This document shows positions 1-6,847 of a DNA stretch of 42,590 nucleotides, in pieces. The notes under the pieces are model-generated. The model searched no databases. It worked only from the letters and a program-made list of their open reading frames with translations, and was not told the origin of the DNA. The translations under genes were made by a program, and so were the position numbers. Source of the DNA: a virus. Position 1 is the first letter of the stretch. Each line of letters starts with the position of its first letter. The stretch spans positions 1-42,590 of IMG/VR virus record IMGVR_UViG_3300033273_000098. One strand, given 5' to 3'.

Positions 1-141
1 ATGCATCTAGTGGTGGCAGTGTGATCCTCAACGAGCAGTGTGCAGTGGATGACGAGGTCACCATTGTCGTACACAACACGTTCGCAGTTGCAGACACATA
101 CACCAAAGCAGAGGCAGATAGCCGCTACATTGCGTCAGGCA
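1..141. repeat. Terminal overlap copy 1 (identical to 42450-42590); assembly circularisation overlap
   Basis: The string atgcatctagtggtggcagtg...ctacattgcgtcaggca is present at both ends, 141/141 identical. It lies inside a reading frame. Confidence 0.95.
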
Positions 142-338
142 CTGCGACAGGCGGCGGTCTGTTCAAAGGTGACAACGGTGAAGTGGGATCTTCACCTGAA
201 GACATCTTCCGTGTGAACTCACAGACGCTGAACGCAAACACAACAATCGACGCAGACGAGAATGCATCATGCGCGGGGCCACTAACGATTGGCTCGGGCG
301 TGACACTAACAGTCAGCGGTAACCTAACGGTGGTATAG
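3..338 (+). CDS. Tail-fibre protein, 3' part of the gene that starts at 42299 and crosses the contig junction (162 aa when joined)
   Basis: The frame of 42299..42590 continues through the duplicated 141 bp to TAG 336-338. The hinge motif FAVADTYTKAEADSRY is shared with the 2730 fibre. The C-terminus is ...PLTIGSGVTLTVSGNLTVV. Confidence 0.8.
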   Translation, partial: ASSGGSVILNEQCAVDDEVTIVVHNTFAVADTYTKAEADSRYIASGTATGGGLFKGDNGEVGSSPEDIFRVNSQTLNANTTIDADENASCAGPLTIGSGVTLTVSGNLTVV

Positions 339-884
339 ATGTCAGGAACACTTACAGTACAGAACCTACAAGGTCCGACCACTGGAGCTAATGCAAACAA
401 AGTGATTGTACCAAGTGGACATACGTTGGATGCGTCACAAGGTTTCACACCGCCAGCAGGGCATGTGGTAAATGTTACACGTTGGACAACTACTAGTTTT
501 AATGGAAGCGGGTCCAGTAATTCCTTTGCAGCACTTGCAACCCTATCTCTTACAGCAAAAGCTGGTAATATTATACAGGTGCAAGGTGTGTTTCCAACAA
601 GAGGCGCAGCAGGTAGCGGCTGGAATTTAACATTACTGCGTTTGAATTCGAGCGTAGATGGTGTTGTCTGGGGTTCAGGTTATGATGGTCAAAATGGCTC
701 CACTGAGATAATCACCCATATACCAATAAATGCTAGCTGGGTTTGGGGCGGCACTGGAGAGAATACTCAATCAATTTCCCTAGAATTCAGAGCCTATGCT
801 GGCATCCAAAGGTTTTATGGTTCTGGCAACCAGGACGCCACTACAACCACACCTGTTCTAACATTCTTGGAGATTGCGCAATGA
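339..884 (+). CDS. Small fibre / receptor-binding-like protein, paralogue 1 of 3
   Basis: 181 aa, with ATG abutting the upstream stop. The N-terminus is MSGTLTVQNLQGP and the C-terminus ...LTFLEIAQ. Composition is Ser/Thr/Gly/Asn-rich. Its termini resemble those of the next two ORFs. Confidence 0.6.
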   Translation: MSGTLTVQNLQGPTTGANANKVIVPSGHTLDASQGFTPPAGHVVNVTRWTTTSFNGSGSSNSFAALATLSLTAKAGNIIQVQGVFPTRGAAGSGWNLTLLRLNSSVDGVVWGSGYDGQNGSTEIITHIPINASWVWGGTGENTQSISLEFRAYAGIQRFYGSGNQDATTTTPVLTFLEIAQ

Positions 885-1441
885 GTACACTCTACGTTGA
901 TAATCTCCAGCCTAACTTGGGTAATGCTGTCAGTGTTCCAGGGCATATTGTACAGGTCGTGCAAATGCATACATCCACAACGTGGACGGTCAGTGCAACA
1001 GAGGCGAAGCTGTTTGATAAAGCTATTACAACAAAACTAGACAATTCAGACATCCTTGTGATGTTGCAGATTGCCCGTAGTTCCTACAATCAGGATGTCG
1101 ATATGGCTGTTGCTGTGGGGTATAAGTCAGGTAACCCATCATCAAGCACAGCCGATTACACTTCATTACATACATCAAACTACTCTCGTCAGTTGGTGTC
1201 GAACCTGGGTTCCTATTGGACACAGGACACGTCTGATCCAGGTGGGGGCAGTTGGAGCGGTGCTTACGGTATATATTCAATCCCGTTTAACCGACTACAC
1301 AATCCAGCAGTGAGTGCTGGCACAGTGTTAAACTATTCAGTCTGGGCCTCATCAGATGGAACTATGCGCCTTGGCAATAGTTACAATACAGGTACCAACG
1401 GTTACGATACCACGCTAACCTTGATGGAGATCGCACAATGA
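881..1441 (+). CDS. Small fibre / receptor-binding-like protein, paralogue 2 of 3
   Basis: An internal ATG at 881 overlaps the upstream TGA (ATGA). The N-terminus is MSTLYVDNLQPNLGNAV and the C-terminus ...LTLMEIAQ. The 743 start would overlap the previous gene by 140 nt. Confidence 0.6.
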   Translation: MSTLYVDNLQPNLGNAVSVPGHIVQVVQMHTSTTWTVSATEAKLFDKAITTKLDNSDILVMLQIARSSYNQDVDMAVAVGYKSGNPSSSTADYTSLHTSNYSRQLVSNLGSYWTQDTSDPGGGSWSGAYGIYSIPFNRLHNPAVSAGTVLNYSVWASSDGTMRLGNSYNTGTNGYDTTLTLMEIAQ

Positions 1442-2016
1442 CCAGTATAATCAAAGTCGATCAAATCCAGTTAGCAGATGGTTCTGTGCCTACTATTGGT
1501 GATCTTGCTATCAACGACAGCGGAACAGTTTTGCAGGTACAGAGTGATGTCTTAAACACTTCATCTGGTTTATCTGCTTCTTCATGGGTTGATACTGGCC
1601 TGTCTGTGACACTTACGCCAAAATCAACAAACAGTAAGTTCATCCTTTGCCCTTCGGTAACTGGAAGTGTTGGTTATTTTACTTGGGGTATAAGGTTGGT
1701 CCGTGACGGGTCGCCTATAACGGAAAGTATTCATAACACAACTAACGCTAGCTCTAGAATAGCAACCACAATGTCACATAACGACTATAACGCTGGCTCT
1801 GGTGACACTACTAACAGCAACCAATACCAGATGCACACACTAGCAGGTTCTTTCCACGACACCACGTCAGCGTCTAACACCACAACGGCAATCACATTCA
1901 AAGTGCAATGGAACTCTTACACTGCTGGGGCAATAAACCGAAGCGTCGAGGACGACAACTCTTCTTCACGTCACAGATGCGCGTCTAGTCTGGTCGTGTA
2001 CGAAGTCGAAAAGTAA
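1438..2016 (+). CDS. Small fibre / receptor-binding-like protein, paralogue 3 of 3
   Basis: 192 aa with an ATGA overlap onto the upstream gene. The N-terminus MTSIIKVDQIQLADGSVP parallels the two preceding ORFs. Ser/Thr/Asn-rich. Confidence 0.55.
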   Translation: MTSIIKVDQIQLADGSVPTIGDLAINDSGTVLQVQSDVLNTSSGLSASSWVDTGLSVTLTPKSTNSKFILCPSVTGSVGYFTWGIRLVRDGSPITESIHNTTNASSRIATTMSHNDYNAGSGDTTNSNQYQMHTLAGSFHDTTSASNTTTAITFKVQWNSYTAGAINRSVEDDNSSSRHRCASSLVVYEVEK

Positions 2017-2029
2017 CGGAGTTTATACA

Positions 2030-2404
2030 ATGACAACAATCGCAAACGCATTAAGCGAACTGGGCGTCACAGAGTGGGTACTCCGTGGTGAACCAACGAC
2101 AGAAGCGGAGTTCAACCAGATGTTCCGCAAGATCACTGGCGCGGACGCCAATGGATCAGCAATCGAAACCACAGACCACGATGTCACCTGGGCATCTGTG
2201 TCAGCCAAGAAGGACGAGCTGGTAGCAGCTGAACCCATGCGTCTCCTACGTGAAGAACGTGACCGCCGCTTGGTTGAAACTGACTGGTGGGCCGTGTCTG
2301 ACCGTACGATGACTTCGGATCAGACAGCGTATCGCCAAGCACTTCGAGACATCACAACCACAGCAACGTCCCTGGATGACGTCGTGTGGCCTACGAAACC
2401 TTAA
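2030..2404 (+). CDS. Tail-fibre assembly chaperone-like protein
   Basis: 124 aa with GGAG 9 nt upstream. The C-terminal pattern RLLREERDRRLVETDWWAVSD...AYRQALRDI...VVWPTKP matches the hallmark of phage tail assembly chaperones. It sits among fibre genes. Confidence 0.6.
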   Translation: MTTIANALSELGVTEWVLRGEPTTEAEFNQMFRKITGADANGSAIETTDHDVTWASVSAKKDELVAAEPMRLLREERDRRLVETDWWAVSDRTMTSDQTAYRQALRDITTTATSLDDVVWPTKP

Positions 2405-2417
2405 AGAGGGAAAACCA

Positions 2418-2693
2418 ATGCCAGATATTACAGTCACACTTACAGATACCCAAATGAAGGGCCTCGAGTACGCAGCAGCATCACCCCAGGACTGGGCAGA
2501 GAATGCAATCACAGAACGCGCTCGTATCGCTAATGACGAGATCGTCCAGCTGTATACAAACCGCGCACTCGATGAGGGTGTCCAGATCCCTGCAACACGT
2601 GAGCTTATTGTTGCTGACGCCTTCACACGCGGTTGGGTCAAAACAGCAGCCCAGCGCAACGAAGATGCTGCCGCAGAGATGGCATCTGTATAA
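2418..2693 (+). CDS. Hypothetical protein
   Basis: 91 aa from the ATG preceded by aagaggg. It fills the gap between the chaperone-like gene and the next fibre gene. Confidence 0.5.
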   Translation: MPDITVTLTDTQMKGLEYAAASPQDWAENAITERARIANDEIVQLYTNRALDEGVQIPATRELIVADAFTRGWVKTAAQRNEDAAAEMASV

Positions 2694-2709
2694 ACCTCCC
2701 CCACTACAC

Positions 2710-2727
2710 ACAAAAGTAAGGAACCCA
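2710..2727 (+). promoter_or_regulatory. Conserved 18-nt leader ACAAAAGTAAGGAACCCA, copy 1 (second copy at 20715-20732)
   Basis: The identical 18-mer lies 3-5 nt upstream of the ATGGCC start of two fibre genes. Its core TAAGGAACCC resembles the TAAGGGACCCCC promoter motif. Confidence 0.4.
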
Positions 2728-2729
2728 GG

Positions 2730-3683
2730 ATGGCCTACATTGGTTCAGCCCCTACCTCAGTTGTGTCTCGAGACTCCGCAAAGGTTTACCGATACACGGC
2801 GACAGCAGGTCAAACTGTTTTCTCTGGTGCAGATGCAGACAACCAGATCCTTGATGTCACCCCTAGTGACACCAGGGTGCATATCAATGGTTTGCTACTA
2901 GAGCCATCAGACTACAACTTGACGAACTCGAGTGTCACTTTGACAACCGCAGCGTCAGGTGGTGATGAACTGACTGTCACTGGGTTCCAAACCTTTGAGG
3001 TCGCAGACACATACACCAAGGCGACTTCGGATTCACGCTATGTGAACACCACTGGTGATACGATTAGCGGCACCCTGGTTGTAGACGGAAGTTTCTCTGT
3101 ATCTCGAGGCTCAAGCCATTCTAATACCTACGAAGGTGGTCGTGTGACACTGAAGAATGGCAGCGGCTACACGAAGCAGTATGGCCTTGACACCTATTAT
3201 GAGAACTTCCGCATCTTTAGGGAAAACGCAGATGGTACAGGTGGTGCGGTAAGGTTTGAGATTGACAGCGCAGGGCGTGTGACTATGCCGTATCAACCAT
3301 CGTTTCAAGCATACAGAGCAACGACGGGATACGCCGTCTACAATGCAGGTGATGTAGTCATATGGCCTGATACGAATTACAACGTAGGAAATTGCTACAA
3401 TACGACAACAGGTAGATTTACGGCACCCATAGCGGGCCTCTACATGTTTTATGCTTACATTTACCAAGCATCGAGCAGCTACTCACGGTGGACCTTGCGA
3501 ATTAACGGTGGTCAAGCCTTTGCGGGGCAAGGTGGTATCCATCAGTCAGGCGATCAATGTACTGTGGCGGCTGCGCATAAACTCGCGGCTGGCGATTATG
3601 TTACAATGTCCTCTAGCTATGCAGGGCAGACACTATTTCACGACAGAGATCACTCCGCAATGGGCGGCTACCTAATAGGATAA
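2730..3683 (+). CDS. Tail fibre with shared N-terminal anchor domain and C1q-like C-terminal head
   Basis: 317 aa. The N-terminus MAYIGSAP...FEVADTYTKATSDSRY is paralogous to the 42299 gene. The C-terminus carries QPSFQAY, YNTTTGRFTAPIAGLYMF, AAGDYV and GGYLIG, which match gC1q hallmarks. Confidence 0.75.
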   Translation: MAYIGSAPTSVVSRDSAKVYRYTATAGQTVFSGADADNQILDVTPSDTRVHINGLLLEPSDYNLTNSSVTLTTAASGGDELTVTGFQTFEVADTYTKATSDSRYVNTTGDTISGTLVVDGSFSVSRGSSHSNTYEGGRVTLKNGSGYTKQYGLDTYYENFRIFRENADGTGGAVRFEIDSAGRVTMPYQPSFQAYRATTGYAVYNAGDVVIWPDTNYNVGNCYNTTTGRFTAPIAGLYMFYAYIYQASSSYSRWTLRINGGQAFAGQGGIHQSGDQCTVAAAHKLAAGDYVTMSSSYAGQTLFHDRDHSAMGGYLIG

Positions 3684-3695
3684 GGATACACACAC

Positions 3696-4388
3696 ATGAG
3701 TAACGCACGTAACTTATCCAAAGGTTTGATCGAGGGTCGCTTCGAGGTCAATCATTCAGAGAACTCAGCATCAGCATTCCCAAGTGGTGACTGGGCAGCT
3801 AAAGTTTACAACCAGTTCGACGCACCTAACGAGGGTGGTCTTGTTGTTGCCAATCGTTGGGAGGCAAGTGCATCTAGTGCATTTCTTGTGGGTGGTCTGC
3901 ATGATGGTGGCGATGGTTTTAACGAGTATCTAAAGGTTGACGGCATTGGTCACGTAACGATGCCTAAACAACCAGCGTTTTGGGCATATAATGTAACAGG
4001 ATCAAGTACACAGACTTCGGGTACAATCACATTCCCTCAAACGGATATAAATACTGGTAATCACTACAATACCTCTACAGGTAGATTTACAGCACCTATA
4101 TCTGGCGTTTATGAGTTTAATGTTATGGTTTTGCACAGGATGGTGAATGTCGGCGGTGCCGCTGAAATTACCCTTCTCCTTAACGGAGCAAATGTTAGTA
4201 GTCGTGGTCTAGCTTACTCTGGGGGAAGCTCTGGTCAGGGCGATTTGCATATTCCACAACATATAACGTACCGAAGATCATTGAGTGCAGGTGACTACGT
4301 TCAGCCTTACATACACGCAATGGGAGGTGGTCAGGACTTCTATTTACATAGTCGTCTATCTTACTTCACAGGACGCTTAATCGGATAG
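3696..4388 (+). CDS. C1q-like head-domain fibre protein
   Basis: 230 aa with GHVTMPKQPAFWAY, HYNTSTGRFTAPISGVYEF, SAGDYV and a terminal FTGRLIG. It is paralogous to 2730 and 41657. Confidence 0.7.
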   Translation: MSNARNLSKGLIEGRFEVNHSENSASAFPSGDWAAKVYNQFDAPNEGGLVVANRWEASASSAFLVGGLHDGGDGFNEYLKVDGIGHVTMPKQPAFWAYNVTGSSTQTSGTITFPQTDINTGNHYNTSTGRFTAPISGVYEFNVMVLHRMVNVGGAAEITLLLNGANVSSRGLAYSGGSSGQGDLHIPQHITYRRSLSAGDYVQPYIHAMGGGQDFYLHSRLSYFTGRLIG

Positions 4389-4400
4389 GGATCATAGAAC

Positions 4401-4664
4401 ATGAGTGATGAAACGGGCTGGCACCTGTCTAAATCAGTGCCACTACAGTTAATCTTTGGCTTGTTGATCCAGGCGGGTGCAATAGTCTGGACCGTAAGCA
4501 TGATGATGTCAGACATCGAGCGCAACATGCAAGACATCATGGTACTCGAGATCACCGTCAGTGAGCTAGAGGCTGTCGTGCAGTCTCAACAAGTTTCCCT
4601 GGCACGGATCGATGAGAACATCAAAGCAATACGTGATGCCGTCGAGCGGATGGCCTCCGAGTGA
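4401..4664 (+). CDS. Membrane protein with one N-terminal TMD and a coiled-coil tail (lysis-associated or virion-associated, unknown)
   Basis: 87 aa. The hydrophobic stretch LQLIFGLLIQAGAIVWTVSMMM is followed by heptad-like charged sequence. Confidence 0.5.
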   Translation: MSDETGWHLSKSVPLQLIFGLLIQAGAIVWTVSMMMSDIERNMQDIMVLEITVSELEAVVQSQQVSLARIDENIKAIRDAVERMASE

Positions 4665-4824
4665 TCTGCGTTCTACTTATAGTCGGCTACGGTCATGGGT
4701 TCTACGAAGGTTTTTACAAGAGTTGTAAATATGAATGTCAGGATGGAACCCGAAGATACTATCGCGTTTCACCTGACTACATATGTCCCAAAGCCCTAAG
4801 GGAGAGCAGACCTTAGGAGTACCC

Positions 4825-5259
4825 ATGATAGCTGAGTTGGCTGCATTCAACGCTGCCTATGCAACCGTCAAGGCAACGATTACCGCAGGTAAAGAGCTTT
4901 CGTCCGTCATGGCATCCATAGGGACCATGGTCGACAGTAAAGACAGCCTACAGAAACAAATGCAGGGCAAAGGCCATAGGACCGACCTGGATCAGTTCAT
5001 GGCACTCGAGCGTATCAAAGAGGCCGAGGATGAGCTGAGGCAGCTGATGATTTACGCGGGTCGGCCTGGGCTTTACCAGGACTGGGTCAAGTTCCAGGTG
5101 GACGCTCGAAGGGCACGTAAAGAGGCCGAGAAAGAAGCCGCGCGCAAACGTCAAGAATTCATGGACACAGTCATACCTATCGTTGCCGTGGGTCTGATCC
5201 TTGTGATTGCCCTGGGTGCCTTGGTCGCGCTCATGTGGCACAGAGGAGTATTCGGATGA
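4825..5259 (+). CDS. Tail-anchored membrane protein, unknown function
   Basis: The ATG at 4825 has taggag 7 nt upstream (the ORF track start is 4783). It has a charged helical body and a C-terminal TMD IPIVAVGLILVIALGALVALMW. Confidence 0.5.
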   Translation: MIAELAAFNAAYATVKATITAGKELSSVMASIGTMVDSKDSLQKQMQGKGHRTDLDQFMALERIKEAEDELRQLMIYAGRPGLYQDWVKFQVDARRARKEAEKEAARKRQEFMDTVIPIVAVGLILVIALGALVALMWHRGVFG

Positions 5260-5459
5260 ATGAACTAATACCAGACAAGGTCACCTATCAGACCAACAAA
5301 CGGCGCATGACCTGGGCTGCGCTGGGGATGATGATTGTCGCAACCCTGGCAGTCATCCACGACCCCGCACGTATGAATGAGGCCAGTGCGGTTCTCATGA
5401 TGATGTATGGCTCATTAAGTGCTGTTGTCGCTGCCTACGTCACGGTCAACAGTAAGTGA
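5256..5459 (+). CDS. Putative holin (two TMDs)
   Basis: 67 aa from the ATG with GGAG 6 nt upstream. It has two hydrophobic segments (WAALGMMIVATLAVI and VLMMMYGSLSAVVAAYV). It lies immediately upstream of the spanin-like and endolysin genes. Confidence 0.5.
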   Translation: MNELIPDKVTYQTNKRRMTWAALGMMIVATLAVIHDPARMNEASAVLMMMYGSLSAVVAAYVTVNSK

Positions 5460-5818
5460 TCACCAGGGTCATCCTGGTCGTCATGAGTTTTACACTAGCA
5501 TCCTGTGGTTCGATCCCCTTCCTATTCAGTGGTGGGGGTGGGCCCTCAGTCACAACTGTCGGAACACAGCTGGCTAAGGAAGCGAACCAGCAAGTCGTAA
5601 ACGACCAGTCCAACATCAGGACAGAAGACGGCGACATCGAGGTCACTGAGCTGCAAGACACAGTCACGACCCGAGACGTCGAACGTATCAACATCAAGAA
5701 CACTGACATCCCGCCCTGGATCATCATTGCACTGATCCTCGGGTGGTTGGCTCCCTCACCAGGTGAGATGGGCAGGGGCCTCATGTCAGCTGTCACCAGC
5801 CTTCGAAGGAGAACATAA
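5456..5818 (+). CDS. Lipoprotein with C-terminal TMD; candidate unimolecular spanin
   Basis: A GTG start overlaps the upstream TGA. The signal peptide MITRVILVVMSFTLA|SC carries a LASC lipobox. A C-terminal TMD IPPWIIIALILGWLAP is followed by a basic tail. It sits between the holin-like and amidase genes. Confidence 0.5.
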   Translation: MITRVILVVMSFTLASCGSIPFLFSGGGGPSVTTVGTQLAKEANQQVVNDQSNIRTEDGDIEVTELQDTVTTRDVERINIKNTDIPPWIIIALILGWLAPSPGEMGRGLMSAVTSLRRRT

Positions 5819-6249
5819 TGCGTCATATAGACGAGATCATTCTACACTGCACAGCCACTCGATCTGACTGGGCGGCAGACCAGAGCACAGACTGGAAGGT
5901 CGCACAGGTCCGCAGCTGGCATAAAAATGGAAATGGCTGGCGCGACATCGGCTACCACTACCTAGTGGATATCGACGGAACAGTGGCAGTAGGTCGACCA
6001 GTGACGCAAACTGGCGCACATACTCGAGGCCACAACAAGGGCACCATCGGTATTGCACTGTTTGGTGGTCATGGATCCACAGCTGACGATGCGTTCTCAG
6101 ACAACTTCACAGATGCACAGTTCAAGGCCGTCGAACAACTGATCGAGGATCTGAAGGCAGACTACCCGATCACTCGTGTCTCAGGACACAACGAATATGC
6201 AAACAAAGCATGTCCTGGATTCAACGTCCCGATTTACTTTCACGACTAA
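5818..6249 (+). CDS. N-acetylmuramoyl-L-alanine amidase (T7 gp3.5 lysozyme-like endolysin)
   Basis: 143 aa. ILHCTAT, WRDIGYHYLVDIDGTVAVGR, GAHTRGHNKGTIGIAL and HNEYANKACPGF align with the conserved blocks of T7 lysozyme. Confidence 0.9.
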   Translation: MRHIDEIILHCTATRSDWAADQSTDWKVAQVRSWHKNGNGWRDIGYHYLVDIDGTVAVGRPVTQTGAHTRGHNKGTIGIALFGGHGSTADDAFSDNFTDAQFKAVEQLIEDLKADYPITRVSGHNEYANKACPGFNVPIYFHD

Positions 6250-6278
6250 TTCCCCTCAGCAGAAAGGAAGGTGATCCT

Positions 6279-6365
6279 ATGTCTATCGTGGCTGGATTTC
6301 CTGTGTCGATCCCCGAATTGATCACAATAGGAATGCTGGCTGTCGTCATCTATAAACTTAGGTAA
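6279..6365 (+). CDS. Possible 28-aa membrane peptide
   Basis: ATG preceded by aggaaggtga. The product is MSIVAGFPVSIPELITIGMLAVVIYKLR. It is very short and has no other support. Confidence 0.25.
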   Translation: MSIVAGFPVSIPELITIGMLAVVIYKLR

Positions 6366-6385
6366 TCAACAGCCAACTTTGACAA

Positions 6386-6442
6386 CATCGGTCTACATCA
6401 GCATGGCAATCAGCCAGCATCAGAAGTAGATCGGTGTTTTTT
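6386..6442 (+). terminator. Hairpin plus T6 at the end of the late/lysis operon
   Basis: catcggtctac (6386-6396) pairs with gtagatcggtg (6426-6436), giving 11 bp including 2 G-U in RNA. It is followed by tttttt. Confidence 0.5.
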
Positions 6443-6450
6443 GCTCACAC

Positions 6451-6463
6451 TAAGGGTCCCCCT
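6451..6463 (+). promoter_or_regulatory. Candidate phage-RNAP promoter, variant copy (TAAGGGTCCCCCT)
   Basis: It has one mismatch to the motif repeated at 8179, 10683 and 19781. It is intergenic, on the + strand, and directly after the terminator. Confidence 0.5.
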
Positions 6464-6475
6464 TATACAAAAGTG

Positions 6476-6505
6476 TTGACAAGGATGTATCCGTTGACTC
6501 ATAAG
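6476..6505 (+). promoter_or_regulatory. Possible host sigma70-type early promoter
   Basis: TTGACA, an 18-nt spacer, then CATAAG. It lies upstream of the early genes. The -10 element is weak. Confidence 0.25.
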
Positions 6506-6532
6506 GGGGTACGGACGATGCGTCCAGATATC

Positions 6533-6595
6533 GGTGGTTAGAGCAGCGGAATCATAATCCGCGTGTCGGGGGTTCAAGTCCCTCCTCCGCTACCA
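6533..6595 (+). other. tRNA-Met/Ile2(CAT)-like 3' fragment (D-loop GG to CCA); candidate attP core
   Basis: GGTGGTTAGAGC, then anticodon arm gcgga/atCATaa/tccgc, variable loop gtgtc, T arm ggggg/ttcaagt/ccctc, then ctccgct-A-CCA. There is no matching 5' acceptor strand or D-stem upstream. int lies 0.7 kb downstream. Confidence 0.65.
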
Positions 6596-6649
6596 ACCAA
6601 AGATATCATCGGAACAGCATCAGTCCTTAACCATAAGGAGACTGATACG

Positions 6650-6847
6650 ATGACATATATTCACGACGATTACTGGTCCAGACAGTGGCAGCTAGAGGCT
6701 GAGTCAGAAGCCCACTTTATTGAAAAACAGCGTCTTGAGCTACAGAACGCAGCTGGCGTCGATATGCCTAGACTAGACTGCTATTGTTATTATTCCGATT
6801 TCGCTGATTGCATCACGAAAGCACCTGAAACAGAGGTGCCGTTCTAA
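6650..6847 (+). CDS. Early hypothetical protein, acidic
   Basis: 65 aa from the ATG with AAGGAG upstream. The ORF-track start at 6563 would lie inside the tRNA-like segment. Confidence 0.55.
   Translation: MTYIHDDYWSRQWQLEAESEAHFIEKQRLELQNAAGVDMPRLDCYCYYSDFADCITKAPETEVPF

Noticed and set aside
2246-2713. A 155-aa minus-strand ORF. Similar antisense ORFs occur at 125-448, 8957-9749, 13142-13522, 21556-21972, 27596-28378 and 32028-32354
   Set aside because: Each is fully antisense to a better-supported + strand gene. The genome shows strict single-strand organisation with start/stop coupling on the + strand.
2730-4388. A diversity-generating retroelement acting on the fibre heads
   Set aside because: No reverse-transcriptase gene is present, and I saw no template/variable repeat pair with adenine-specific differences. 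The paralogues differ throughout.
4790-4812. A fifth promoter copy (ccctaagggagagcagacc), with a similar partial match gagggaccgaag at 14285-14296
   Set aside because: Only the TAAGGGA or GAGGGACC half matches and the C-run is missing. The first copy falls inside or next to a possible coding start, and the second overlaps coding sequence.
6501-6595. A complete phage-encoded tRNA gene
   Set aside because: The anticodon arm, T arm and 3' acceptor strand are present. The sequence upstream of 6533 cannot supply the 5' acceptor strand (AGCGGAG needed) or a D-stem (GCTC needed). It is treated as a tRNA 3' fragment and attP candidate instead.
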